DNA of 34,514 bases. Origin: a virus. Lineage: Duplodnaviria > Caudoviricetes. Both the position numbers and the translations under genes were made by a program. This document shows, one piece after another, positions 1 through 8,225 of this stretch. Under the pieces are notes generated by a model. The model was given only the letters and a program-made list of their open reading frames with translations. It did no database searches and was not told the DNA's origin. Within the stretch, counting starts at the first letter, position 1, and each line of letters starts with the position of its first letter. Where the stretch lies: the IMG/VR virus record IMGVR_UViG_3300032227_001003, positions 1 through 34,514 of that record; one strand, 5' to 3'.

Positions 1-123
1 AAAATCGAAAACGATTGGAAGGAAAGCTGGGACCGATCAACGGGCCAACAAGAAATGTCGGATTTCGCCCGTCAACTTGAGCGCGAACTGAACGAGGCTT
101 GCGCGATCAATTCGGAGTTGGAA
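1..123. repeat. Terminal direct repeat (left copy), circular assembly overlap
   Basis: Bases 1-123 are identical to 34392-34514, and an ORF reads in frame across the junction. Confidence 0.97.
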
Positions 124-243
124 AAGGCTCTTTCCACAATTGCTATATGGGCGGCTGAATGCGCAGTCTCAGAACAAACTCAGCTTATAATTGGCATGAC
201 CGCTCACGGGGCCATCACCAAATCCAAGCAAACCAAACCATGA
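1..243 (+). CDS. 3' part of small phage protein spanning the circular junction (MSDTPRTD...DFARQLEREL type)
   Basis: Frame 1 is open from base 1 (KIENDWKESW...) and continues the ATG at 34368; 88 aa in total. Confidence 0.8.
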   Translation, partial: KIENDWKESWDRSTGQQEMSDFARQLERELNEACAINSELEKALSTIAIWAAECAVSEQTQLIIGMTAHGAITKSKQTKP

Positions 244-455
244 ACGACGTAAACGACTTTCTGGACGTTGCCGAGAGCGCCCCACGTTGGAAGCAGGACG
301 CGAAACGATTGGGCATCGAAACATTCTACGTTTTCGACATGTCCGATTCCTACTGGGAGGCATCAATCGAGCTTTTCGGTGAAGTGGAAACCCAATGCGG
401 AGAGACTGAGCGCGAGGCCGTGAACTCGCTGATGTTCAAGCTGAAACTTGATTGA
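240..455 (+). CDS. Hypothetical protein
   Basis: ATG at 240 overlaps the upstream stop (ATGA); acidic 71 aa product. Confidence 0.65.
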   Translation: MNDVNDFLDVAESAPRWKQDAKRLGIETFYVFDMSDSYWEASIELFGEVETQCGETEREAVNSLMFKLKLD

Positions 456-456
456 G

Positions 457-759
457 ATGAAAGAACAAAACGAAATTCTAAAAACCGGGTGGGTCAACGT
501 TTATGCGGATGGATCGTCAGGCTATGTTTGGCCTACTGAGCAAGAAGCTAAAGACAAGGCCGGAGAGCCTGCTAGGCAAATCGAAATCCGCGTCGTTGCC
601 AGCTACGAGAAGGCCGACAAGGGACCGACCAAGGTCGATCGCGGCGCTAACGATCCTATCGAGTGGAAGCCTTGGACCGTCGAAATGGTGAGGAATCACC
701 GAAACTTTCAAGAGACTGCCGACTTGCACAACGCAGAGATGGAAAGGGTGACAAAATGA
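457..759 (+). CDS. Hypothetical protein (GWVNVY motif)
   Basis: ATG immediately after the upstream stop; tightly packed operon. Confidence 0.65.
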   Translation: MKEQNEILKTGWVNVYADGSSGYVWPTEQEAKDKAGEPARQIEIRVVASYEKADKGPTKVDRGANDPIEWKPWTVEMVRNHRNFQETADLHNAEMERVTK

Positions 760-929
760 ACGGAGACGGAAAGACCATCAGGAACCGCCGCTGGCAGGAA
801 AAGCAGATCGCTGCGGGTAGATGCGCGATCTGCGCCAGATTGGCCGTGCCCAATCGGACTCGCTGCAAGATTTGCGCGGAAAGCAACAGGGAATATCAGA
901 GAGAATACCGCCAGCGGAATGGACGATAA
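756..929 (+). CDS. Small basic Cys4 zinc-finger protein
   Basis: ATGA coupling; CAIC...CKIC pairs flanked by Arg-rich helices. Confidence 0.65.
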   Translation: MNGDGKTIRNRRWQEKQIAAGRCAICARLAVPNRTRCKICAESNREYQREYRQRNGR

Positions 930-935
930 ATCGTC

Positions 936-995
936 TTGCGGATTCATATCATTTTGTTGAGCCTTTCCGTAACGCTCCACCGTTACAGTAACGTT
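936..995 (+). promoter_or_regulatory. Degenerate copy of the late-promoter motif followed by iteron-like GTAACG/CGTTAC sites upstream of the initiator
   Basis: TTG at 936, ATTTTGT at 951 (+15), then TGAGCCTT; GTAACG at 969 and 988, CGTTAC at 981. Confidence 0.55.
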
Positions 996-1958
996 ATGCC
1001 AAATTACACTAAGCTTTTTAACTCCATCGTAACGTCCACGATCTGGACCGAGGATGACAAGACGCGCATCGTTTGGATTACGATGTTGGCAATCGCAGAT
1101 CAAAACGGCGAGGTGCAGGCATCCATACCTGGCTTGGCCAGATTGGCCGCTGTCAGCATCAATGACGCTGAGATCGCCATTGCTAAGTTCCTTGGGCCTG
1201 ATCCATACTCGAGAACTCCCGAGAATGACGGGCGTCGGATCGCCAAAATCGACGGGGGCTGGGAGCTTTTGAACCACGCTAAATACCGCAGGATGGCAAG
1301 TTTGGCCGAGGCCAAGGAGGCCAATGCCGAGCGGCAACGGCGTCACCGCGAGCGTAACGCTCCCGTAACGCATAGTAACGCCTCCGTAACGCACCGTAAC
1401 GCTACCGTAACGCCTCAGACCGACAAAGCAGAAGCAGAAGCAGAAGCAGAAGCAGAAGCAGAAGCAGAAGCAAAAGCAAAAGCAGAAGCAAAAGCAGAAG
1501 TAAAAGCAGAAGTAAAAGCAGAAGTAAAAGCAGAAAAGAAAAAACAAAAGCATGAGAGCGGCTTTGCCGCTAGGTCGAGCAAGGCTCGCCCACAAACCCG
1601 CGAGGAGTTTGATGCCTTCCTCCAAGAGCTTGGCCTTTACCCTCGCGATGCCGAGGGAACCTGGAACAAGTTTGAGGGCAATGGCTGGACCAACGGCGGC
1701 AAAAAGATTGCCTGCTGGAAATCGACCGTCAGGGCGTGGAAGGCATCGGGCTACATGCCGACTCAGAAAAGCCCGTCTGATTACGAGCCGGAATGGCCAA
1801 GGGCGCAATCCGCCGCTGATACGGCCCCCGAAGAAGAGGACGACCTCATGGCCAAGCTACTGCGGCACAAGGAGGCCGAGGCGCGAGAGGCGGCAGGAGA
1901 TCACCCAGATTACTGGACTGAGGAAGAAATCGAAAAAGAGGAGGCCGGATGCTTCTAA
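996..1958 (+). CDS. Phage replication initiator (replisome organizer, lambda O-like role)
   Basis: N-terminal YTKLFNSIVTSTIW...WITMLAIAD...GLARLA winged-helix-type region, NAERQRRHRER helix, internal iterons, C-terminal NGW...WKSTVRAW domain; directly upstream of the helicase. Start taken at ATG 996. Confidence 0.8.
   Translation: MPNYTKLFNSIVTSTIWTEDDKTRIVWITMLAIADQNGEVQASIPGLARLAAVSINDAEIAIAKFLGPDPYSRTPENDGRRIAKIDGGWELLNHAKYRRMASLAEAKEANAERQRRHRERNAPVTHSNASVTHRNATVTPQTDKAEAEAEAEAEAEAEAKAKAEAKAEVKAEVKAEVKAEKKKQKHESGFAARSSKARPQTREEFDAFLQELGLYPRDAEGTWNKFEGNGWTNGGKKIACWKSTVRAWKASGYMPTQKSPSDYEPEWPRAQSAADTAPEEEDDLMAKLLRHKEAEAREAAGDHPDYWTEEEIEKEEAGCF
1354..1412 (+). repeat. Six GTAACG iterons with 10/11-bp spacing; putative replication origin
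   Basis: GTAACG starts at 1354, 1365, 1375, 1386, 1396 and 1407. Confidence 0.8.
1428..1535 (+). repeat. 18-unit hexamer tandem repeat (GCAGAA/GCAAAA/GTAAAA) encoding AE/AK/VK, followed by an A-rich tract
   Basis: Seven perfect GCAGAA units, then alternating variants; purine-skewed. Confidence 0.9.
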
Positions 1959-3727
1959 CCGTCTCAGACCTCTCCGAGCAACTCGTCGGCAGGATCGAGG
2001 AGCTTGCGCCAATGCTTCTTCCCGGCGGCAGGCGTCACGGCAACGAGTGGATCTGCGGCGACTTGTCAGGCAACCCTGGTGATTCGCTCAAACTCACGAT
2101 GACGGGAGCGCATGCAGGTCAGTGGAGAGATTGGGCGACCGATGACCACGGCGACCTCGTGGACCTTTGGCGTCTCTCTCGAGCGATCTCAGCGGGGGAG
2201 GCGGTTTCTGCGGTCAGGACATACCTTGGCATCTCCGAGCCTGTCAGGCAGCACGAAAAGCGGGTTTACGGCCATGCTCCCGCAATTAAGTCTGAGGCTC
2301 CATCACCAAACGGTCGCGCCTACGCCTGGTTGACCCAAACGCGGGGGCTGAAGCCGGAGATCATCGAGAGGCTGAAAATCGAGATCGACACAGGGCGGAA
2401 GGCCATTGTTTTCCCGTGCATCTCTCCAGCCGGCGAGATCATTAACCGCTCATATCGGACGCTGGGCGAGAAAAAGAAGGTGTGGCAGGATAAGGACTGC
2501 GCACCAAGCCTTTTTGGATGGCAGGCCGTCCCTGAGTCGAGCTACCGTTCCAAAACGATTCTGCTCTGCGAGGGCCAGATCGACGCAGCCACATGGCATC
2601 AATGGGGGATTCCTGCACTCTCTGTTCCCAACGGCACGGGAGCGACATGGGTGGAGTTTGAATGGGACAACCTCCAAGCGTTCGATTCGATCTATCTGGC
2701 GTTTGACCAAGACGAAGCCGGGAGGAAGATCGCCAACATGGCGGTGACGCGCCTAGGGAAGCACCGTTGCTTTATCGTCGCGATGCCAAAGAAGGACGCG
2801 AACGATTGTCTGCTGGCTGGATTCACCGCCGAGGACGCACGCGATTGGGTGGCCAATGCCAAGCGGCCACGCATTGAGCGATTGGTGACCACGGCGGAAA
2901 TGGAGGATCGCCTCGTCGAGGATGTGAAGCCAAAGCCCGAGCCGTTTTCAATGCCGTTCCTAAAAATGGATTGGCACAATGGGGATGGGTTTTACTTCCG
3001 CCCAGGTGAGCTGACAATCTGGGGTGGCTTCTCGCACGCTGGCAAGTCTACCATGCTGAACTTCATGGTTGCCCAGCTCTTGGGCGCACGGATTCCTGTC
3101 TTCATCGGCTCTTTCGAGATCCGCGTCGAAACTCAGCTTCGGAAGATGCTGTCGGTGTTCTACGGAAAAAAGAACATCAACGAAACTGCTGCGCGTGAGT
3201 TTGCGCGGAACGTAGGTGAAAGCATTGTCTTTTCCGATGTTGTCGGCTCGATCACCAAGGATTCGCTGATGGAGATGATGTGGTTCTCGCACCGTCGCTA
3301 TGGCACAAGCCATTTCGTGATCGACTCACTGATGCGCGTGCAGGGCTTGGAAGAGGATTACCCAGCCCAAGGAGAGTTTTGTAATCGGCTCCAAGATTTT
3401 GCCAAAGAAACGGGAAGTCATCTACATCTGGTTGCGCATTTGGCAAAGCCAGCGCAAGATGGAGCAAGACCTAGCATGTATGCCATCAAAGGCTCAAGCT
3501 TAATGGTCAACAATGCAGACAACGTTCTGCTTGTCCTCCGCAACCCTGAGAAAGAGAAGAAGCGCAAGGCCGGAAAACTGACGAGCGAGGAAGAGCGGTC
3601 CATGCACGACTCCGAGATTATTGTCGAGAAGCAGCGCGAAACCGGATGGCTTGGCATGTTCAAACTCAATTTCGATTCCGCTAGATTCCGATTTACAGAA
3701 TTTGATTCAACCAAAGTAATGCAATGA
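1949..3727 (+). CDS. Bifunctional DNA primase-helicase (Toprim + SF4/DnaB-type helicase, T7 gp4/Twinkle-like)
   Basis: Toprim motifs LCEGQIDA, FDQDEAG, KDAND; Walker A GGFSHAGKS; Walker B FVIDSL; IKGSS...ADNVL; EKQR. Confidence 0.92.
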   Translation: MLLTVSDLSEQLVGRIEELAPMLLPGGRRHGNEWICGDLSGNPGDSLKLTMTGAHAGQWRDWATDDHGDLVDLWRLSRAISAGEAVSAVRTYLGISEPVRQHEKRVYGHAPAIKSEAPSPNGRAYAWLTQTRGLKPEIIERLKIEIDTGRKAIVFPCISPAGEIINRSYRTLGEKKKVWQDKDCAPSLFGWQAVPESSYRSKTILLCEGQIDAATWHQWGIPALSVPNGTGATWVEFEWDNLQAFDSIYLAFDQDEAGRKIANMAVTRLGKHRCFIVAMPKKDANDCLLAGFTAEDARDWVANAKRPRIERLVTTAEMEDRLVEDVKPKPEPFSMPFLKMDWHNGDGFYFRPGELTIWGGFSHAGKSTMLNFMVAQLLGARIPVFIGSFEIRVETQLRKMLSVFYGKKNINETAAREFARNVGESIVFSDVVGSITKDSLMEMMWFSHRRYGTSHFVIDSLMRVQGLEEDYPAQGEFCNRLQDFAKETGSHLHLVAHLAKPAQDGARPSMYAIKGSSLMVNNADNVLLVLRNPEKEKKRKAGKLTSEEERSMHDSEIIVEKQRETGWLGMFKLNFDSARFRFTEFDSTKVMQ

Positions 3728-4017
3728 GAACAGCAAACATCAACGTAACCAAAATCGACAAGACCGCCCTTTACGAAGGGAAGAACGGCAAATACCTGAG
3801 CCTGGTCTTCTTCGACAACAAGGAAGGGCCGGACCAGTTCGGCAACGATGGCTTCGTCACGCAGGATCTGGGCAAGGAGCGTCGCATGGCAGGGGAGAAG
3901 GGGCCGATCATTGGCAACTGGAAGGAAGTTGGAACTAAAGCGCCGACCCCAGCTCCAGCCAGACAGGAAAGCGCAGTGATCGTTTCGATGGAAGATCATT
4001 CCGATATTCCGTTTTGA
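3724..4017 (+). CDS. Putative single-stranded DNA-binding protein
   Basis: INVTKIDK...GKNGKYL...DQFGNDGFV core with acidic C-terminal DIPF tail; follows the helicase. Confidence 0.65.
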   Translation: MRTANINVTKIDKTALYEGKNGKYLSLVFFDNKEGPDQFGNDGFVTQDLGKERRMAGEKGPIIGNWKEVGTKAPTPAPARQESAVIVSMEDHSDIPF

Positions 4018-4081
4018 AACTGGACTACATAAGGGAGGCGGCTCCTTATGACCGCGTGATTGCGATGACCACAGCCTAAGC

Positions 4082-4435
4082 ATGACCGACAAGACCTACC
4101 ACACCGACCTGGATGATGCGATCCTCGACGGGTGGGAGTCGCCGGTCATCATACCGATCAACGGTGGCGAGGTGCATTCGCACGGCAGGAGATGCTATGT
4201 CCGCAACGTTCGCCGAATCGCCTTCCTTCGCCATGCACTTGGCCGAGGAAGGATCGCAGCAAAGCACCTGACCGACGTTCTAGGCTTTGCCGCAGGATGC
4301 GAGGTGCATCAGTTCCTGCGGAGTCTCCAGTTCCAACTAGCCATTGAGAAATCACCGATCCGCGTGCAGCTCATCCTTGAGGGCCGGAAAGGTTATTGGG
4401 TGGCATACAAACGAGATCGCAATGAAACCAAATAA
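4082..4435 (+). CDS. Hypothetical protein
   Basis: 117 aa ORF in operon orientation. Confidence 0.6.
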   Translation: MTDKTYHTDLDDAILDGWESPVIIPINGGEVHSHGRRCYVRNVRRIAFLRHALGRGRIAAKHLTDVLGFAAGCEVHQFLRSLQFQLAIEKSPIRVQLILEGRKGYWVAYKRDRNETK

Positions 4436-4598
4436 AGAAGGGCGTCGAAAACAAATTGTCAGGAAGCTTCCGGCTAGAGTGATTCATTGCGAGAATTACC
4501 AAGAGCGCCGAACGGCAGGATGCTGCGGCTGCACTGGCTGCTTCCTTGTGCTGATCATCGGCGCGATCATTCTCATGCTGCTGATGATGGCAGCTTAA
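4422..4598 (+). CDS. Small membrane protein (Cys-rich, C-terminal TM helix)
   Basis: GCCGCTGC followed by hydrophobic FLVLIIGAIILMLLMMAA. Confidence 0.5.
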   Translation: MKPNKEGRRKQIVRKLPARVIHCENYQERRTAGCCGCTGCFLVLIIGAIILMLLMMAA

Positions 4599-4609
4599 CC
4601 AACGAACCT

Positions 4610-4882
4610 ATGAACCAACAAAAGAAAAGAGGACGGCCAGCAAAGGCCAAGGCTGAAGTGCAACCCGTCGAGGATGTCGAGCAGGTCGATGCCATGCATG
4701 ACGCTGATGCAATGGATGTCATCGAGGATGTCGAGCAACCAACGCAAGACGAGACTCAAGGCAACCAAGACTTAGACCTGGTGCGCCGTGTCGAGATGGA
4801 GATCGGGCGCACGCATAACGCATGGGGCTTGGTGGATCCTGTCGAGCTGATTGATGCGGTTAAGCGCGTGATGAGACATTAG
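4610..4882 (+). CDS. Hypothetical protein with KKRGRPAK (AT-hook-like) N-terminus and acidic linker
   Basis: ATG at 4610 with A/C-rich upstream context; internal EDVEQ repeat. Confidence 0.6.
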   Translation: MNQQKKRGRPAKAKAEVQPVEDVEQVDAMHDADAMDVIEDVEQPTQDETQGNQDLDLVRRVEMEIGRTHNAWGLVDPVELIDAVKRVMRH

Positions 4883-4920
4883 AGCTATGAGTGAAGCACG
4901 CGATCCCGCAACAAACAGGA

Positions 4921-4950
4921 TTGACGCCGAATCAGGTGAATCGGTAAAAT
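4921..4950 (+). promoter_or_regulatory. Sigma70-like promoter for the HNH gene
   Basis: TTGACG-N18-TAAAAT; the in-frame ATG at 4962 starts 12 nt after the -10. Confidence 0.5.
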
Positions 4951-4961
4951 CTTGCTCTGCA

Positions 4962-5966
4962 ATGGCAACAGGGCAAGCGGCGGCGCATCATGGCGTTCCC
5001 AAGGAATTTCGAGCCTTCGCTATCTGCGGTAACTGCGGGAAGGAGTTTGCACCGAAGCAAGGCACATCGGGCCAGTTCTGCTCTCGCGCTTGCGTATCGC
5101 CTGGTAGGTCGCAGTTGGATGAGCCGAGGGTTATCCGGCTTTATGCGCAAGGCATTGGATTGAAGGCAATCGCCAAGGAATTGATTGGCAGGGTCAGCGC
5201 AAAGAATACGATACGAGACGCGCTTAGGCGGAATGGTGTCCAGATTCGGACGGTTAAGCAAATGGCCAAAGATCCGGCATCTATTCTTAGGAAATTAAGG
5301 GGCAGGGGGGTAACGATTGATCGTAATAGCGTGTTTGATAAAAAGATCAAAACGACGACAAGCACGAATGGCCTTGAGCTGTTTGATTATGGAAGGCGGC
5401 TAGTAAAGAAAGCCAGTGAAGCCCGGGCATACCATGCGCAAAACGCCAAAGCAATCAAGTCTGGCTTTAGGTCGTCGTATCACGCCAAATATCAGACTGA
5501 TGGAGCATTTAGAGCAAAGGAGATTGCACGGCGAAGGTTCAAGAAGTTTGTGGGAGAGGGATTAGGGGAAAGGGCCGGGAAGTTTATAGGCTGCTCATGG
5601 GATGAGTTCCGCCTATACCTTGAGACGCAATGGGAGGATTGGATGAATTGGGAAAACATTGGGCCAATTGCAGACGGCTTTTGGCAAATTGATCACATCG
5701 TGCCGTGTTCTTGGTTTGACCATGAAAGGAATGATCACGCTAGGCTTTGCTGGCATTACCTCAACATGCGGCCAATATCATCGCTGGAAAATTCGAGAAG
5801 AAGCAATAGGCCGACGGACCTTATTGAGACGTTGAAGTCACTTCCAGAATGTGAAATCAAGAATGACCTTATAGCGTTCGTTTTGCAAAGCGTTCATTTC
5901 CAGCCAGTTACGGGTCCCTTGACAGAAAATTACTCCGCTCGGGGTCGTCGCGAGCCATTCCGCTAG
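4962..5966 (+). CDS. HNH/endonuclease VII-like nuclease with N-terminal Zn finger and HTH
   Basis: CGNCGKEF...FCSRAC, helix-turn-helix-like segment, C-terminal IGCS...WENIG...WQIDHIVPC...CWHYLNMRP...EN..RSN. Start may be 4887. Confidence 0.8.
   Translation: MATGQAAAHHGVPKEFRAFAICGNCGKEFAPKQGTSGQFCSRACVSPGRSQLDEPRVIRLYAQGIGLKAIAKELIGRVSAKNTIRDALRRNGVQIRTVKQMAKDPASILRKLRGRGVTIDRNSVFDKKIKTTTSTNGLELFDYGRRLVKKASEARAYHAQNAKAIKSGFRSSYHAKYQTDGAFRAKEIARRRFKKFVGEGLGERAGKFIGCSWDEFRLYLETQWEDWMNWENIGPIADGFWQIDHIVPCSWFDHERNDHARLCWHYLNMRPISSLENSRRSNRPTDLIETLKSLPECEIKNDLIAFVLQSVHFQPVTGPLTENYSARGRREPFR
5912..5955 (+). other. Putative cos site (cosQ-like GGGTCCC plus cosN-like dyad)
   Basis: TTACGGGTCCC, 23 nt ending in CG, then GGGTCGTCG; same spacing as lambda cosQ-cosN; dyad GCTCG-N9-CGAGC; the terminase is gpA-type. 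Confidence 0.65.
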
Positions 5967-6162
5967 TCGCAACAAGCCCCCAAGAGGACACCAGATTGCC
6001 AGCCTAATGAGACTGCAATTGCGGAGAAAACCCTCAGCCTTGCTCTGAAATCGCACTTTTCCGCGCAATGGGCAAAACCGCGCAATCCTAGTGCAATCAA
6101 CGCTTTCCATGCACATCACCGGCGCATTCCCTGCTAGGTAATTGGCAGATGTAAAAATCCTC

Positions 6163-6197
6163 TTGCGTTTCTTTTTCGTTTTGTGGTGTCTCTCGCA
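6163..6197 (+). promoter_or_regulatory. Late-promoter motif copy 1 (capsid operon)
   Basis: TTG at 6163, GTTTTGT at 6178, ATG at 6198. Confidence 0.75.
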
Positions 6198-8189
6198 ATG
6201 TCGCGCGGCACACAAAAACAATTCTCACCGCAGGTTCGTTCCTTCGACCTGTCCCGCTCCTCGATCAACGAGGACGAGCGAACGGTGGATGTTGTCTTTT
6301 CGACCGAAACCGATCAAGTCGAACGCTCTTGGGGCGTCGAAATTCTCGACCACGGCGCAAAGTCCGTTCGCCTCAAGAGGTTGAACAACTCCGCGCCGCT
6401 TCTGCTCGATCACGATCCCCGCGAACAAGTCGGCGTGATCGAATCCGCTCGCATCGACGGCAAAGCTGGAGCCGCAACCGTTCGATTTTCCCGATCTGCA
6501 AAGGGCGAGGAAATCTTCCAAGACGTTAAGGACGGGATCCGCTCCAAGATTTCCGTTGGCTATCGTGTGCACGCCCTCGTTATGGAAAAGCGTGACAAGA
6601 TGACCGGCAAAGAGACATACCGCGTCATCGATTGGGAGCCTTTCGAGATTTCTCTCGTTTCGATTCCCGCCGACGACGGCGCCGGCGTGCGCGATGCCGC
6701 ATCAATCTTCGGCCAACGAGCCGCTGAACTTTCAACCTCCATTACCATGGAAAACCAAGACCACGACCAAGAACGCGCCGACAACGCAACGGCTCCCGCT
6801 GCGCTCGCTCCGGCGGAAACCAAGAACGAAGTCCGCGCCGCCGCTGAGGTGGAACGGGAACTCAACAAGCTTCAAATCGCCCAACTTGCGAAGGAAGAAG
6901 CAGCTCGCGCAATCGCCGAAGATCGCAAGCGTGCCGCTGAAATTACCGAATGCGGTAATGGATTTCGCCGCAACCAGGCTGAGATCACGAAGGCCATCGA
7001 AAGCGGCCTTTCGATTGACGACTACAAGCGTCAACTCCTCGACTCTATGAAAACCGAAAACCCCGCTTACTCCGCTGGTCGCGTCGAAATCGTCAGCGAA
7101 CCCGTCAAGAAGGGCACTCGCCAATACCTGCAAAGCACCTGGGCCGAAAACGCCAAGCGTGCTCTCGGTGATCGTGGCCGCAACATCGTTGTCCCGACTT
7201 ACTCCGAAGCTCGCGAGTTTTCGCGCAACTACATCGGCGGAAGCCAGACTCCGTTTCACCGCTCCCTGACCGGATCCGTGACGCTCGTTGACAAGCTCGC
7301 CATCGATGAGGGCATCGGTATGCCCATCGTTGAAGAAGTTGTCGCGATGTATCCCGAAATCGCCGTCTTCCCGGTTGATACCATCTCCGGTGATACCGTG
7401 ACGCTCTCGATCCAGACCGGCAACCCCTCCGTTGGATATCGTAACGCCAACGAAGGAACGAGCGCGAAGAAGGGCACCTTCGCCTCGCGCATCTTCCAGA
7501 CCTCAATCATCGAGCAGTTTATTAACGTCGATATCCAAGGCGTGCTGAACGCTAGCAAGGATCCCGCTCGCGTTCTCACTGCCGAAGCCAGAAGCGTCAC
7601 CAAGGCAGTGCTTAGCCATATCGCATTTCAGCAGTGGTATGCTGGTACTACTCAGTCAAATTCGGATCTCAAGGCCAGCCCCGGCTTCCTCGCTCAGTCG
7701 AACAGTGCCGCAACGCACGTTGTCGATGCTACCGGCTCGACCGCCAAAACCTCGGTCTGGGTCATGGAACTCGGACAAGGCTTCTGCGACCACGTCTACG
7801 GCAACGACAACACCCTCCTGTTTGGCGAAGATTGGACCGAAGAAACGGTTGACGACGCCAACGGCAACAGCCTCCGCTGCCTTCAAAACTGGATCTCGGG
7901 CCGTGTTGCGCCTCGCCTCGCTGACAAAAATAAAGCGCTGCGCATCAAAAACATCGCAACAGATTCGGGCAAGGGCCTCACCGACGCTCTCCTCGCAAAG
8001 GCATTCCGCCAAGCTCGCGAACTCGGTATGAATCCAAATGCGATCTTCGCAACGCCCCGCTCCATCGAGCAGCTCCAGGTTAGCCGCACCACCTACTCGC
8101 CCATCGGCGCTCCCGCTCCGATGCCGGAAGAGTATCAAGGTGTTCCGATCTACCAAACCATCAACCTTTCCAACGCGGAGACGGTCTGA
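6198..8189 (+). CDS. Prohead protease-scaffold-major capsid protein fusion
   Basis: N-terminal HK97-type protease motifs (PLLLDHD, ISVGY, WEPFEISLVSIPAD), coiled-coil middle, C-terminal HK97-fold capsid domain (TGNPSVGYRNANEG...YQGVPI); highly biased codon usage. Confidence 0.9.
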   Translation: MSRGTQKQFSPQVRSFDLSRSSINEDERTVDVVFSTETDQVERSWGVEILDHGAKSVRLKRLNNSAPLLLDHDPREQVGVIESARIDGKAGAATVRFSRSAKGEEIFQDVKDGIRSKISVGYRVHALVMEKRDKMTGKETYRVIDWEPFEISLVSIPADDGAGVRDAASIFGQRAAELSTSITMENQDHDQERADNATAPAALAPAETKNEVRAAAEVERELNKLQIAQLAKEEAARAIAEDRKRAAEITECGNGFRRNQAEITKAIESGLSIDDYKRQLLDSMKTENPAYSAGRVEIVSEPVKKGTRQYLQSTWAENAKRALGDRGRNIVVPTYSEAREFSRNYIGGSQTPFHRSLTGSVTLVDKLAIDEGIGMPIVEEVVAMYPEIAVFPVDTISGDTVTLSIQTGNPSVGYRNANEGTSAKKGTFASRIFQTSIIEQFINVDIQGVLNASKDPARVLTAEARSVTKAVLSHIAFQQWYAGTTQSNSDLKASPGFLAQSNSAATHVVDATGSTAKTSVWVMELGQGFCDHVYGNDNTLLFGEDWTEETVDDANGNSLRCLQNWISGRVAPRLADKNKALRIKNIATDSGKGLTDALLAKAFRQARELGMNPNAIFATPRSIEQLQVSRTTYSPIGAPAPMPEEYQGVPIYQTINLSNAETV

Positions 8190-8225
8190 TTTAACCCATC
8201 CTGACAACCCCAACTACCTACGACC

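Noticed and set aside
1-123. 123-bp terminal repeat as a biological direct terminal repeat
   Set aside because: It falls in the middle of an ORF, and the gpA-type terminase and cos-like site predict cohesive ends elsewhere; best explained as assembler overlap of a circle.
1354-1535. Short repeats as a CRISPR array
   Set aside because: Units are 6-11 bp with no unique spacers, and there are no cas genes.
708-1808. 366-aa minus-strand ORF with FCFCFC repeats
   Set aside because: Antisense shadow of the initiator gene and its GCAGAA repeat.
3361-3390. GTTTTGT at 3376 (also 9737 and minus-strand 22006) as additional promoter motifs
   Set aside because: No TTG 15 nt upstream, and all lie inside genes.
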